Notes under the pieces: generated by a model
Told to the model about the DNA's origin: nothing
Databases searched by the model: none
The model's input: only the letters and a program-made list of their open reading frames with translations
Translations under genes and position numbers: made by a program
Shown here: positions 11,693 through 24,691 of the stretch, in pieces
Layout: each line of letters opens with the position of its first letter
How positions within the stretch are numbered: the first letter of the stretch is position 1
DNA from: Anthoceros angustus
Lineage: Eukaryota > Plantae > Anthocerotophyta
DNA length: 64,000 nt
NCBI GenBank assembly: GCA_010909165.1
Contig: MU008175.1
Location: 434,001 to 498,000, forward strand
Reading direction: 5' to 3'

Positions 11693-12046
11693 ATGGCTGA
11701 GGAGGAGTGCAACATCTGCCTTGCGGCATTAAGAGATGGGGCTGATGTCTTTAAATTAACTATATATAAGCATACTTCCCACAAAGTGTGCTTACTTGAA
11801 TGGGGCAAACATGGCACTACGTGCTCTCTTTGTTGGGAACCTTTGGACGTTGAAGTGTCCCCTCCAAGGTATCCCAAGATAAGGCGAGCTATGTGGAAGG
11901 AGTGGATAAACCTCCTTCGACCCATAACTCCCTTCAGAATCGACATCCAGACAACAATTCATAGGAACTTCATAGGACCTTCACAATCAAGCACCCTTTG
12001 GGCCCGATCACTGCTAGGATGGGGCGCCACCCACACCCTATTGTAA
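11693..12046 (+). pseudogene. degenerate RING-H2 finger ORF
   Basis: C-x2-C...Y-x-H-x2-H-x2-C...C-x2-C (ECNICL...IYKHTSHKVCL.EW....TCSLC). The third Cys ligand is replaced by Tyr. Confidence 0.5.
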
Positions 12047-12061
12047 AGACCTGCAAGACCT

Positions 12062-12295
12062 CGATCATGTTCACCTATTATATAAAAGGAGAGTTTAAAA
12101 ATCTTGTACAACACTATGGGCTATAAAAAAACCACCTACTATATATGAGGGAGTTCAAAAATCACCCCTGGGATAGGGTGCCACTCATCCTCTATAGTAG
12201 AGATCTATGGGACCACGATCATGTTCATCTACTTAGATAAATGGAGAGTTTAAAAATCTTGTTGAACACTATGGGCTATAAAAAAACCACCTACT
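12062..12295. repeat. about 80-90 bp imperfect direct repeat (2 copies)
   Basis: cgatcatgttca...ggagagtttaaaaatcttgt..aacactatgggctataaaaaaaccacctact at about 12062 and 12217. Confidence 0.8.
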
Positions 12296-12741
12296 TTATA
12301 AGATCACTTGCAACACCATGGGATGGAGACCGAGGTGAAGCTTGTGGGAGGAGAAAACTTATCTTGCATTTGTTAATAAAATATCCTTAATAATTATTAG
12401 TTTAACTTTTGATATCATTTTTTATTAGGGCAAATTGTGCTGATCATGTAATCCCTAGGTGTAGCTAGTTTGTCTTGTCATGATTAGCTGGATATCCACC
12501 TTTAGACTCACTACCTACTTGCACTAACACAAAAGAGATGGACTATGACATGTGTGTGAGATAAAAAAGAAAAATAGATGATGCATGTTTTACAGAAAAA
12601 TATAGACATGAAAGAAGTTTCACCTTCACAATATGTACGCTAGATATATTGCTGACAATGCTCAAGCACTACTAATGACTTATATTCATACCACATGGAA
12701 TAAGTTGAAGAATCGTAGGTTTTGCTCAATGTTTGGAAGAA

Positions 12742-15700
12742 ATGCCCCCCAAGAAAGCAATTGTTGACAAAAACACACAAGATTCTAGTAAAAGTGACGG
12801 AAAAAAAGGTGCAAAGAAGAAGGGTGACAAAAAAGAAGAAGAGGAATTACCAACAGTGTTCAGGCATCTTGATATTCCATATGTTGAAAATCAACATCTT
12901 AAGTTTGCCGGTGATGAAGAACTTCTTCACCAATATGGGAAGGCTTTATCTAGACCAGTATCTCCTGAAATTGTGCGATGTTGCCTTACTAACTCGTACG
13001 AAGGAGAGACAATGGAAAATGGAATGCCTAATGGAAATGGGAAAGCAACCTTGATTGATGGGCACCAATATGAAGGCACTTTCAAAAATGGTCTTTTACA
13101 TGGAGCTGGTACATTAAAATGGAGTGATGGTTCATCATATGTAGGAGAGTTTTCATGCAATACTATCACTGGCAAAGGAAAATATGAGTGGCCTGAACAT
13201 GAGGCAAAATTTGAAGGGGAGGTATGTTTTATTATACCCAAAAATGCATAATAGTAGTTATTCACCTTAACATGACAATCATTTAGTTTGTAAATTATTG
13301 TACAGGTGTTAGATGGATGGCCACATGGACAAGGCACTTTAGACTCAGGAAATGATGGGCATCGAATATATGAAGGAAGCTGGGAAAATGGCCTAAAACA
13401 TGGACAAGTAATATCATCACTTTGATCATTTTTTTTTAAAATAAATATGGAGACTTTATAAATATGGGAAGCTGGGAAGTCCCATCTACAATGGGGCTAT
13501 GAGGAGTTTTGATCATCTACAAGTTTGTGTACTTTTTAACAATGCTTACCTTTTTCTTCATTGTTATGTAGGGTAAGCTTGCTTACGGCAGTAAAGGAGT
13601 TTACATTGGAGAATGGTCCAAGGACCACAAAAATGGCCAAGGTCAATTTAACCATACATGTGGGAGTAGCTACTTAGGGCAATATTTAGAAAGCCAAATG
13701 CATGGCAAGGGGCGAGGCACTCTCATGAGTTCGCAAGTTGCTAGTAGCTTCGAATCCATAGCAGCAAAAGACATGAGAAGAGCCCTCCCAGGATTTGGTG
13801 TACCTAATCTTCATATCTACGATGGAGATTGGGTTGCAAGTCTTCCTCATGGAAAGTACGTCGTTCGAAGTTTTCATCGACTTCACTAGAAAATAGCTTA
13901 GATGTAGGAAATGAAATTTTTCATTTTATTTTAAGATTGCTTCTTTTGACGTTATTATCTTACAGACATGCATCAAAATATGCTAAATACATAGTATATA
14001 GCAAGTCAATCTTCACCCCATGATTCTACATATAAATGTTCAAGAACTTGTGCATGACCAGGGGTAAAAGTGTGTGGTTGTGGAAGGGTACAAAAGAAAG
14101 CACAAATTTGCTTCTCAACTTTTACGTCGGAGAGTTTAAGAACGGTTTGCGACATGGACATGGAACCTTTAACTATGCATCTGGTGCAGTATTTCAGGTA
14201 GAATAGGTAAATGCATTTTCAAAATGTGAGTTTGAGTCTATACATTTCTAGGTGACTGCATAATTTATTCACATAATTTTTAGGGAGCATGGAAAATAAA
14301 TATGAAGAGTGGTCCTGGAGTCTTAACATATGAGACAGGTAGTATTCATAGTGGGCTTTTTGAAGATGATCATTATGATCCTCTGGTGAATTACAATACA
14401 ACATTAAAAGAGGTATATATTTGGAATCAAGAATCATATTAGAAAGATATAATAGAGAGATTAATTTTTAATGATTAATTTATCTTCTTACTCATACTTC
14501 CAGCCTCTTGATTTGCTCATGCCCCCACATGATCTTAAGAACCCTCTGGGGGTTAAACAAGTCAAACAAGGAGTTATTAATGCTCTTTTAAGGAAGAACA
14601 ACTATTTACATGAAGTGTATGGAATATATAGGTATCAGAAGTCCAAGCAGTTCAAATATGATTTTTGTAACATCATAAAAAATTAAATACTTATTATTTC
14701 AAGTGTTGCATGATTTTAAAGTACAATAACAAGGAAAGCACCAATGGGAGCACTTGCGGATAGAGGTGGCCGATGTAGAGCAATGCTATTAGGAAGCTTT
14801 TGGAGACTTTGCCACTATGGTCATGTAAGTTATAATACAACATATCACTTTGGAACTTTCTTAGTTTTATTGACTAAAAAAATTAGATAGATTCAATATT
14901 CCAAGTATTCTAAATTTTTGTTAAGGGCTTAAAATTCAAATTGTTTGTTTCTGCACATTACTGGTTTTTGAGTGAGGTTTGTAAATATGGACAGGTTGTA
15001 ATTATCTCGACTTCTGAATTTGAGGGAGGGCACTAGATTGTGGAGCAAGGATTAGGATTAGCAACCATTGATCAGATGGTGGTTCCATCCTCGTGGAATG
15101 CTTGGGATACTGTTTCGGACATCCATAGCTCTGTAAGTGGAATTGATTGAACCTAAATGTGGAAATACAATGTTGTCATTGACTAATATTAGTTTGATAA
15201 GCTCAACTATCTTAAGGTATGCAGGATAGAAGAATTATATTTAGGGAATTCTTAGAATCTCTAGTAAAGATTGCCTGCATTAAGAACACAGATGAAGATG
15301 TGTCCATGGAGATGAAGGTATGTTTACTTAAAAGATCCGTCATTTGCTCAATTTTAATGAATAGATTGCTTTAAACTTTTAGACAATCTAACCTTAATAA
15401 AGATAGGTGGAGAGATTATTGAATGATTCCATCATACCCTTGGCTTCAAGCCCTCCTGGTGACGATCTGCCCTATGCTATGGTAGAGAGTTCAGCCGTTC
15501 GAAAGCTTCTAGATGATTATGGAATTGTTTTGACAAAACTGTTTACAAGTCTACTTCTTTCTTCTGGAACTAGTGATTTTACAATCACAATACGAGGCTT
15601 AATGCACTTTTTGCAGGTGTGTTGTAATAACAATGTGATGGTTCACAACTTGGCATTATTTTGCTCCATGACCTAGATATGTAAATTTTGCAAATCATGC

Positions 15701-16775
15701 TCAACCTCTAGATATCTTCATATACAGCATTATCGCAAGGATAAAGGAACTTTTGGAAAACCAAGAAAACCACCTCCTAAGGAATCAGAGAAGAAAGTGT
15801 CAAAAGATGAAAATAAAAGTAAAACGCAGGAGCATAAAGATGATTTAGATAAGAAATCAAAAGCTTCTTCTAAGGACGAAGACAAAAAGTCAAAAGCTTC
15901 TTCAAAGGATGAAAACAGAAAGTCCAAAGCTTCAATCAAGGATGATGAAAAAAATTCTAAAGCTTCTTCCAAAGACGATGGTACAACAGATAGCAATAGG
16001 AAACAAAGTAAATCAAAGCCTTCGACGCCAGATAAATCGAAGCATACTACACCAGACAATGACGATACTAAATCAGTCAAATCATCCAAGTCTTCAAAGA
16101 CAGGAAAAGATGCTAAAGAGATTGCTGTGAAAGAAACTCCTACAGATAGGTATGTAACCTAAGCGTATATTTGATTTACTACCTTTCCTATCTTCCTTTC
16201 TTAGCAACATAATAGTAGAGAGTTCATCCCCATCGTATGGATTAAATAAATTATCCTCCACAAAATAACATGGATGTTACTATATTTGGATCTAACTTAT
16301 TTGCTGGTAATCATTGCAACAAAATTGATTAAATGTTCAGAGTGGTTGCAAATATTTGTTGTGCATTATTCTCCATGGAGCCAATTAGTGAAGAGCAAAG
16401 TGATCCATTTTACAACGCTAGCATCAATTATCGGGAGTTTGAGCTTGCTCTTTGTCGCTTCACCAATATGGTATATTTCATTAGCATTTCGTATTTGATT
16501 TAACAAAATATTTCTGATTGATAAAATGACATGAATATGCTTTCAATCCGATTCATGATTAGGATAAGCCCATGAGTGAGCTAGTAGGACCACAAGATTT
16601 TCTTCGTGCTTTTATTGAAGATCATCTAGTCCCATTATTGACTCCTCCCCCACCGGTAGATAAAAGTAAAAAGGTTGATGCTAAAAAAGGGGATCCTAAG
16701 AAAGGAGATGCCGCAAAATCATCAGAAGGAAAGAGCTCACAAAAGGCAACTGAGGAAAAGAAAAAGAAGAAATAA
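12742..16775 (+). CDS. RSPH10B: radial spoke head 10 homolog B-like MORN-repeat protein, multi-exon
   Basis: About 10 MORN repeats (YEGTFKNGLLHGAGTLKWSDGSSYVGEF). GKSVWLW...LLNFYVGEFKNGLRHGHGTFNYASGA matches the RSPH10B-specific insert. The C-terminal ALLR...L.EVY..Y and IIFREFLESLVKIA also match. Both termini are Lys-rich. Internal exon limits are not all resolved. Confidence 0.8.
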
Positions 16776-17203
16776 TAAGAACGATTTTATTAAATCATTG
16801 TTTTAGTACTTTCTAAGATCTTGGTTGAGCAAACTGCATGGGGATATTTCATTCCTTATGTGATAAATATCGGCTGGAACCTCTATTTGCGTAGCTCGGC
16901 AATAATACCATGTCTATTTAATCTAAGAGACCAGTTTAACTTGTTGTTTTTGTTCCAAAGAGCAGCTAGTAAAGCTACACAATGCAGGACGTATTGATAT
17001 GAAAAAGAACTCATTAACTTCTTTGAAAATTATATAGTATTTTAAACTACTTAACTAAACGTAATAAAATTAACCCATTAGAATGTGCAAGTTGTAAATA
17101 AAGCTGCACATATAAGCCTACTTTAGGGTTTCAATATTCCTGTTTATTTACATATGAGAATTTATGTGCATTGTACATTGAACCGGGTATCTTGGTGCAC
17201 ACC

Positions 17204-17355
17204 GATGACATAAGAACTCCAATGACGTAAGAACTCCACAATTAAGATGACGTAAGAACTCCACAATTAAGATGACGTAAGAGCTCCACAATTAAGATGA
17301 CGTAAGAACTCCACAATTAAGCGCAATTAAGATGAAGTAAGAACTCCACAATTAA
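17204..17355. repeat. 25-bp tandem repeat GATGACGTAAGAACTCCACAATTAA (about 6 copies)
   Basis: Units at 17222, 17246, 17271, 17296 and 17331, plus a partial unit at 17204. There are no unique spacers. Confidence 0.95.
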
Positions 17356-17380
17356 GCGCCCTGCAGGTTGATCAATGCTC

Positions 17381-17411
17381 ATGTATGTATGTATGTATGT
17401 ATGTATGTATG

Positions 17412-17445
<34 letters not shown>

Positions 17446-17517
17446 TGTATGTATGTATGTATGTATGTATGTATGTATGTATGTATGTATGTATATATGT
17501 ATGTATATATATATATG

Positions 17518-17551
<34 letters not shown>

Positions 17552-17590
17552 TGTATGTATGTATGTATATATGTATGTATGTATGTATGT
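17381..17590. repeat. (ATGT)n microsatellite
   Basis: Direct reading, about 210 bp with ATAT variants. Confidence 0.98.
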
Positions 17591-18763
17591 GATAAAGCAT
17601 CACTTACACTTTGCTGCCATTGCGTGGCTTCAATTTTCTGATTTCCGATACCGTGCATTGATGATATTGATGGGTTCTTAGATATTGGGCGGTTGTTGAC
17701 TTACCTTGCCACCATGTTGTGGCCAATAAAAAGCCTCGTGTCCTGTGATGCATTCTCTTTGCAACACCTAGTTCTTGGGATTTGCATTTTCATGATAGCT
17801 CATCTTAATTTTTGCTCTCCTTATACCTACAGCAACTTAGTAGCCCTCCGGTCTAATGTTGCATTCTTGCCGGCTCCCTCTCCTGCTGATCCCTCAGCCC
17901 TATCCGGACCCCTAGCTTGGGACTCTTTGGTACTTTGGTGTTCTTGGGAAGACTGCCAACTTGGTGGCCTACATGGCTCAGCAAGTGAGTTTGCTCATCA
18001 TTCAAACCTTTGCAATTTTTCTGTGCGGCTGATCTGCTGGTCTGCTCATGTGCTCTTGTTCCAATTTGTTGTGCTGGATTTTCCCTTTGCTGGTAGGTAC
18101 TTGCTTGCTGACCGCTGGATTTCCTTTGATTGCAACTAGCAATGTGTTTGCAAATACGGTGTGTGGTAGGGTTTGGTTTTCATTACTATTCAGGTGCCAT
18201 GGATCCTCCATTCCGGCCAGAAATCCATGCCAAGAAGGTCCCTTTTGGAGCTGATGAAGGGGGGACGGAGGAGCTGCCCCACCAGCAGCTGGCCTTGCGT
18301 TTTTACAGCAGTCTAGGACGTCTACAGGCTTGGTGTGCTTGGGATGTTCCTGGAGTTTCCTTATTGCTGATTTTTTGTCTCATCACAGTCATGAGGTTTA
18401 TAGGTTATGGTATGTGTTTCTTAACCAGCATGATTGTGCACACTCCATACTTGCTTTGGATGATGGCATAATGTTCCATGACTAACCTGTATGAACTCAT
18501 GCTCTATACATACAGTGTGTTCTTTTATAGGCTTTTTTGGTGACTTCCAAAGATGGTGGCTGCCACTTCTTGGCTAGCTACTTGTTGGTCTTTGCTCTGA
18601 ACTCCTGTGGATTTCACATGCAATGTATCTCATTTGCCCACGATCAGTTGCAGCTAGTTACCCTTGAATCTCGGGAACCATAAGAAATTTTGAACTCATT
18701 GGAGCCAGTCATGCAAGTCCTCCAACGAGGCAATTGGCAAGTCATTGTGGCTTGTATATATAC

Positions 18764-18933
18764 ACATACATACATACATACATACATACATACATACATA
18801 CATACATACATACATACATACATACATACATACATACATACATACATACATACATACATACATACATACATACATACATACATACATACATACATACATA
18901 CATACATAAATACATACATACAGACATACATAT

Positions 18934-18964
<31 letters not shown>

Positions 18965-18989
18965 CATACATACATACATTCATACATAC
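18764..18989. repeat. (ACAT)n microsatellite, reverse complement of the 17381-17590 tract
   Basis: Direct reading, about 225 bp. Confidence 0.98.
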
Positions 18990-20282
18990 GTTCATTCATT
19001 CGGCCACCGAGGACGGGCTCACATCATATCCATACGATCTCCATGTACATGCGTCATGGAAGCATTTATGGGCTGGGCTTCCGTGTTCCTGGAGGCCGTT
19101 CCGTGAAGCAAACACGTTCCATGCGAGGATAAGTGCATGAGTGAGAGTTAACGTAGGGTTGCGACGGCGTGTAGGCCCCACCAAGCTCAAGCGTACGGTT
19201 ACTTAGCAGAAGTGGGCAGTAAAGTTGTGCTGGGAGTCCGGCTGGCTCTGGCCGTGGGCGTCGGCGAAGGCTGCACCTCTAAAACTTCCCGAAGCCTGCA
19301 TGGCATTGCATTGGGGGCTCGGGGTAGCCGTAATGCGGTTGCTGCCTCTGGTGTCGCTGCAGGCGCGTCTGCGTCTGCGTCGGCGTCTGCGTCGGCGTCT
19401 GCTGCTGACTCGTGCCTCCCGATACGCCTGATGATGGTGAAGCCACTCACTGGGCCTCCAAGGCCGCAGATGAGCACGCTCTTGTGCAGCGTGCCTCGCT
19501 CGGATGCTGTTCTCGTGTCGCCCGGGGTCCTGTCCGGTGCGTTCCAGGCTGCCAGGAAGCGGCTCCCCTGGTGCGGTACAAATTCTGCTCGGAGAGCTGC
19601 TGCCCCTGGTTGCTTGCTTCGTAACGTGCTCACATTGCGCGAGCCCGAGCTCGTTTTGTTGTTGGATTGGCGGAGTTTGGGAGCAGTTGAGTGTCGTTTG
19701 CTTCAGTGGTTTTGTTGGGCGGTTCGTGTTCCATGGGTGGAATGCATTTTGCTTCCTGGTGCAGCGAGGGTGTGAGCAGTTTTTCCAATCTGGTCTGAGC
19801 TGGGTGGTTGGATTCCAAGAACTGCTCTTCCGGATGTTTGTCAGCTTGTTTGATGAGCGGCAATTGTGTCCGAGCTGGGTCTAGGGTTGGGCGGGATGGG
19901 TTAGGCTTGGACGTTGGGAACTGAGGAGGCGTTGTTGATACGCTTGCCTGCTTCGTGTGGCAGGCAACCGTGGTTTATGAACAGCAAGCTGAAAGCACGC
20001 CAGTGGTGTTGGGCACTGAAGGCCTGCAACTTTGGCCGGCCTGCCCTCCGCGTGGCCTTTGAAGGGGAACAAAGGTGGCTCGTAATTGTGGACGAGGAAG
20101 TCTGGAAGAGCGATGAATCACGAGCAAGTGCTTGTGCAAAGTCTTGCAAGGGCGTAAGATGGAGGTCTCTGCGGTGGAGCATGTGGGACAGTGGTTTGTG
20201 ATGGAAGAAGGCTGAATAGGGGAGAAGTGGGGCAGGCAATGGACGCAGGAGTCGGTCTACGGAGCCCAATTGCTGTGAATAG

Positions 20283-23018
20283 ATGGGTCGTCCACGTATC
20301 AGACTGCGCAGCTTGCCTATGCCGACTTTCTCAACGTTTTCCTTACTGTGTGTTTCCGCACTTTCTGCTTTGGCCGTCTTGTCTATACTGTCGGGCCACC
20401 TTCCTGACATGGATCAGCTTGTGGAGCGCCCGATCATGGGACAAGCTGAGGACATTGTGGTATATGCCTCATCCACTTCTGAGTGAATATGATGGGTGGA
20501 GTACTCCCTGTGCTGAAAAGTCGCTTTCTCCATCCCATGATAGGGATGGTTGCCCGACCAGTAGAATCCAGTCCTCTGAGTCTTCTCTGCTTTGGACAGG
20601 ATGACCAAGAGCTTGATTCGACACATCAGATTCTAAGGCAGTTGAAACAGTCATCAGTAAGTCCGCACCGGCCTCATCTTTGTGCCTGAGGTTCTGTCCC
20701 CGAGTTTTGGACTTGTCCATTCCCCGTTATCAAGGAACTCACTCAGTCAGTAGCATTTACAGGCATGGCAGATTAGTAGAGGTCTGGAGAAGGAGAACTT
20801 GTGGATATCAGAACAGGCAAAAGCTTACTACGGCTGTAGCAATCCAAGCACTCAGCACTTGTGTAAGCTCCCACCTTGATTCTGCTGGTAATAGTCTCTG
20901 CTACTTTCATATTCTTTCCTACTTGGAATGGACGTCATTCTGTACCATTGTTAATGCAGCCCCTGAATCTGGTTCAAACACTAACGGCTACCTGATAATT
21001 GAGGCGAGTGGCGGGCTAAATCAGCAAAGAATTGGGGTACTGATGCAAAACTCTCCTGGGATGAAGGGTTGTTTACGATCAGTTGCAGCTAGTTTGTCTT
21101 GACATTCAGTCAGCAGTTTGGAATCCTTTTCAGGAAGGTCTGAATGTACCTGCTTTCTGGTTTTTCAGATAACGGATGCCGTGGTGGTTGCACGCATCTT
21201 AAATGCAACTCTGGTTCTTCCACACCTAGATCATAACTCCTTCTGGAAGGACAACAGGTGCCCCACATTTCTTGCTTCAGCTACGTGAAGTCATTACCGT
21301 CACATGTTTAGCGGGCTAGGATTGAATACCATACGACTCGCTTGCTCTGCAGCAACTTCAGCGACATATTTGATGTGGAATGGTTCAGAGAGGACCTTGC
21401 TGGAGATGTAAGAATTGTGAAAGAGGTGCCTCCAGGGATTATAAATCGATCGCGCCATCATCCTGTTTCTATAAAAGTTCCTAGAAAGTGCCTTCCGAGC
21501 TACTATGAGAGCAAGATATTGCCAGTACTGCTGAAAAAGCAGGTACGGTGAGATGAGACATAGTAGCCGGTCTGAAACAAACGCCAATTCCTGGTGTGGC
21601 TGATCTGGTGAAAGGAGAACTCTTGCCGACTTTCTGTTTTCTGGATTGCGACACTTCGGCAGGAAGTTACAAGCCCGTGTGATGGATTGCAGGTACTACG
21701 CATAAGGAAATTTGACTTCAGGCTTGCCAATAAGTTGGACACAGACTTGCAGAAACTCCGCTGTAAAGTGAACTACAACTCACTGCGGTTCACTCAACCC
21801 ATCTGGAGCATGGGCCGATCTCTAGTGTCACGGATGAGGCAAATGGGCGGGAGGTACATCGCTTTGCATCTCAGGTAAGTGAAATCTCGGATCCACCTTG
21901 CTTATTGTTTGAGAAGCGTCTTGTAAAGGCTGTGGAGTTTGTTGTGGAAAGGATCTCAAACATGACACAACTGTCAGGTTTGAACCGGACATGCTGGCAT
22001 TCTCAGGCTGCTACTATGGGGGTGGGGAGAAAGAGAGGAAGGAGCTTGGAGCTATTAGAAAACGCTGGAAAACTCTTCGTGTAAGCCTCTCCCGACGCCA
22101 CCGTGTGCACTTTTCCGATCGCTTTGATGTACTTCACATGCTGATATGCCCTTGTGATGTACTTGTGTGGTCCAGCTGCGAAGTCCAGAAAGGGAAAGAA
22201 GGAATGGCAAGTGTCCACTCACTCCTCTGGAAGTTGGCCTGATGCTGAGGGCATTAGGCTTCAGTGGTGATTCCTACTTGTACGTGGCATCTGGGGAGAT
22301 CTATGGTGGAGAGGAGACATTAGCACCCCTCAAAATGCTCTTTCCTAATTTCGTCACCAAAGAGACACTGGCCACAGAAGACGAGCTCCGGCCTTTCGCA
22401 GAGCATTCATCTCAAATGGCTGCCATCGATTATGTAGTCTGTGATGAGAGTGACGTGTTCGTCACCAACAACAATGGCAACATGGCGCGGGTCCTTGCCG
22501 GCAGGAGGTATATCCTCGACTCAGGACGTCTTTGCCTCGTGAAAGTTAAGCATGCCATGGTGAAGGTGTAATGTGGCATTGCCCGTTGTGTGGTTAGGCG
22601 ATACTTCGGCCACAAGCGGACCATCCGCCCTAACACGAAAAAGCTAGGCCAATTGTTCATGACAAAGCACAGCAGCTGGGAGCAGTTCGCTGGCAAGCTG
22701 AAGCAGTTGCAAAAGGGCACCATGGGCGACCCTAATGAAGTGAGGCCTGGTAGAGGGAGTTTTCACGAGCATCCCTGGGACTGCATATGTCGAACCCGAG
22801 GAGCCCTGGAAGATGGTACAAGAGAGGAACAAGGAAGGACGGTGGTAGAAGACAGTGCCGGGGATACGGAAGGAGAGGAGGATGCGGAGCAGGAGGGCCC
22901 GGAGGACGAGCCATCTTTTTTTGACGTGGATGACGTAGGTGCAGCAGGCCTGGAGAAGACGGAAGGGGACAAAGTCCGTGCAGATGATGCTGACGACCTG
23001 TATGTCATGGAGAGATGA
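20283..23018 (+). CDS. O-fucosyltransferase family protein (plant GT106/DUF246 type), multi-exon
   Basis: N-terminal TM anchor, then NGYLIIEASGGLNQQRIG, ITDAVVVARILNATLVLPHLDHNSFWKD, YIALHLR|FEPDMLAFSGCYYGGG, GKCPLTPLEVGLMLRALGF, AAIDYVVCDESDVFVTNNNGNMA and RYFGHKRTIRPN. Confidence 0.92.
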
Positions 23019-24541
23019 GAGACTATTATCCCAAGGTGGGCAATGAGAGCATGGAGTGGGTGCTCCGGTGTACCATATGTACGTTGTGAGGAGAATGTGA
23101 GGCTCATTTGTGTAAGAAGGTGATGGGTGGTGAGCAAGTGGTGAGAGTAGGCTTGCGTGCCTTCATCACAGGGGTTGGTTGCGGAAGATGAAAGGCTCTG
23201 GAAGTCTGTTCTGACTGATGAGAGCAAAGTTTTTGTGAGGACTCGGAGGGAACGGGAACGGGAACGGGAACGGGAACGGGTAGGGCAATGGAAGAGACTG
23301 GCCAGAGCCTCACAGCCTTGTCTGTATGAAAGTTGTCAGGTGCATTATTTTATGCTCGCTGCACGCGTCTGCATGATGGACGTTCGTGCGTGAGTGGGGT
23401 GGACTCGTCTGCCAGCTTCGCTCTGCAGAAGCGCGCATTCCGGGAATTCCCGCCCCCGGGCCCCGGGGCAAGGCAGGGTGTGGCGTGGGGAATCGGCTCG
23501 TTAATGCCTGCCCACCGGCCTGCAAGTGGATGAGCCGCTTCCATCATTGCTCCATCTTCGTTGCATCCAGTGATTCCAGTCTCCAACATCTGCGTGTTGC
23601 GTTCTGGGAATGAAATGTAAGCTCGAAGGAATGGATGGATTTGGTGGAATCCCAACAACTGCGGTCTGCGCAATAACGAACGAACCACCCGGCTTGCTTC
23701 CGTGTGGGACGGCGGTGCTCACGGCCCAGCTGTCAGTCCAGTGACCAGTCCAGTCCTGGGGTGAGGTGAGTGATGGGGCGTGAGTAGGGGCCGGTGAAAA
23801 TCACGGCTCCATCAAAGTGGAGACTTGACTGCGCCTTGCCCTCTCACCGGCTGTGCACTGTGCTGTTGTGCGGGGCGTTGTACCCAACGCCATTGTTCCA
23901 TCAGCCTGGGGTGGAACCTGGCTTCCACGTACCGTGTGACAGACAGCGTTGCTTTGCTCGGGACAAGGACCCAACTCCGTCAATCGCGATTCGCCCATCG
24001 CCCATTTCCCGTTGCCCGCTTCGCAGTTGATGCAGTTGCAGTTGCAGTCGCAGTCGCAGGGAAGCGACATGGGCCATGGCCCATGGCCCATGGGAGAAGC
24101 GCCGGCTATGGCGAGGGCCCACTTCACTGTGGTAGTGGGAGCGGGACTGGACTCCAGCATCCATGCCCCGAGCATCTGCTGACATGACCGACACATATCT
24201 GCTCACATCTTGGGACGATCATCTGTTTGGCGTTTCTCACCTCCATCGCTTGGAAGTCATGCGACCAGGCGTCTAAGAGCAATTTGACCAACCGTTTGGC
24301 TTGGCCGCTTCGCCTGGGCCCTGCATCCTCTTCCTCCCCTCCTTCCCTCCTTCCCTCCTTCCCTCCTTCAATGCTCACGGATGTCGCCACCCATCGCCAC
24401 CTAATCCTAGTACGAGTAATAAATCAGTTATTTTGAAGTTCGGCTTTCTGGAAGGGAGTATGTTGTGTATAAGACATTCACATGTCAGAAAATCTGGTAC
24501 GGGGTGTTTGTGTTTGTAGTGTGCCTCATATATGTATTGCA

Positions 24542-24691
24542 AAGATAGGTCTGGTTCAAAAAGATTTCTAACCCCTTCAACAAGATGGGTCTAGTTCAGA
24601 AAGATTTCTAACCCCTTCAACAAGATGGGTCTAGTTCAGAAAGATTTCTAACCCCTTCAACAAGATGGGTCCAGTTCAGAAAGATTTCTAA
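24542..24691. repeat. 40-bp tandem repeat (about 3.75 copies)
   Basis: Unit AAGATGGGTCTAGTTCAGAAAGATTTCTAACCCCTTCAAC at 24542, 24582 and 24622, with a partial unit at 24662. Confidence 0.95.

Noticed and set aside
17204-17355. 25-bp repeats as a CRISPR array
   Set aside because: Units are contiguous with no unique spacers, there are no cas genes, and the context is eukaryotic.
17591-18763. LINE reverse-transcriptase fragment between the microsatellites
   Set aside because: No RT, endonuclease or zf-RVT motif could be recovered in the frames I translated.
17317-19132. ORFs of (HTYI)n / (MYVC)n
   Set aside because: Translations of the ATGT/ACAT microsatellites.
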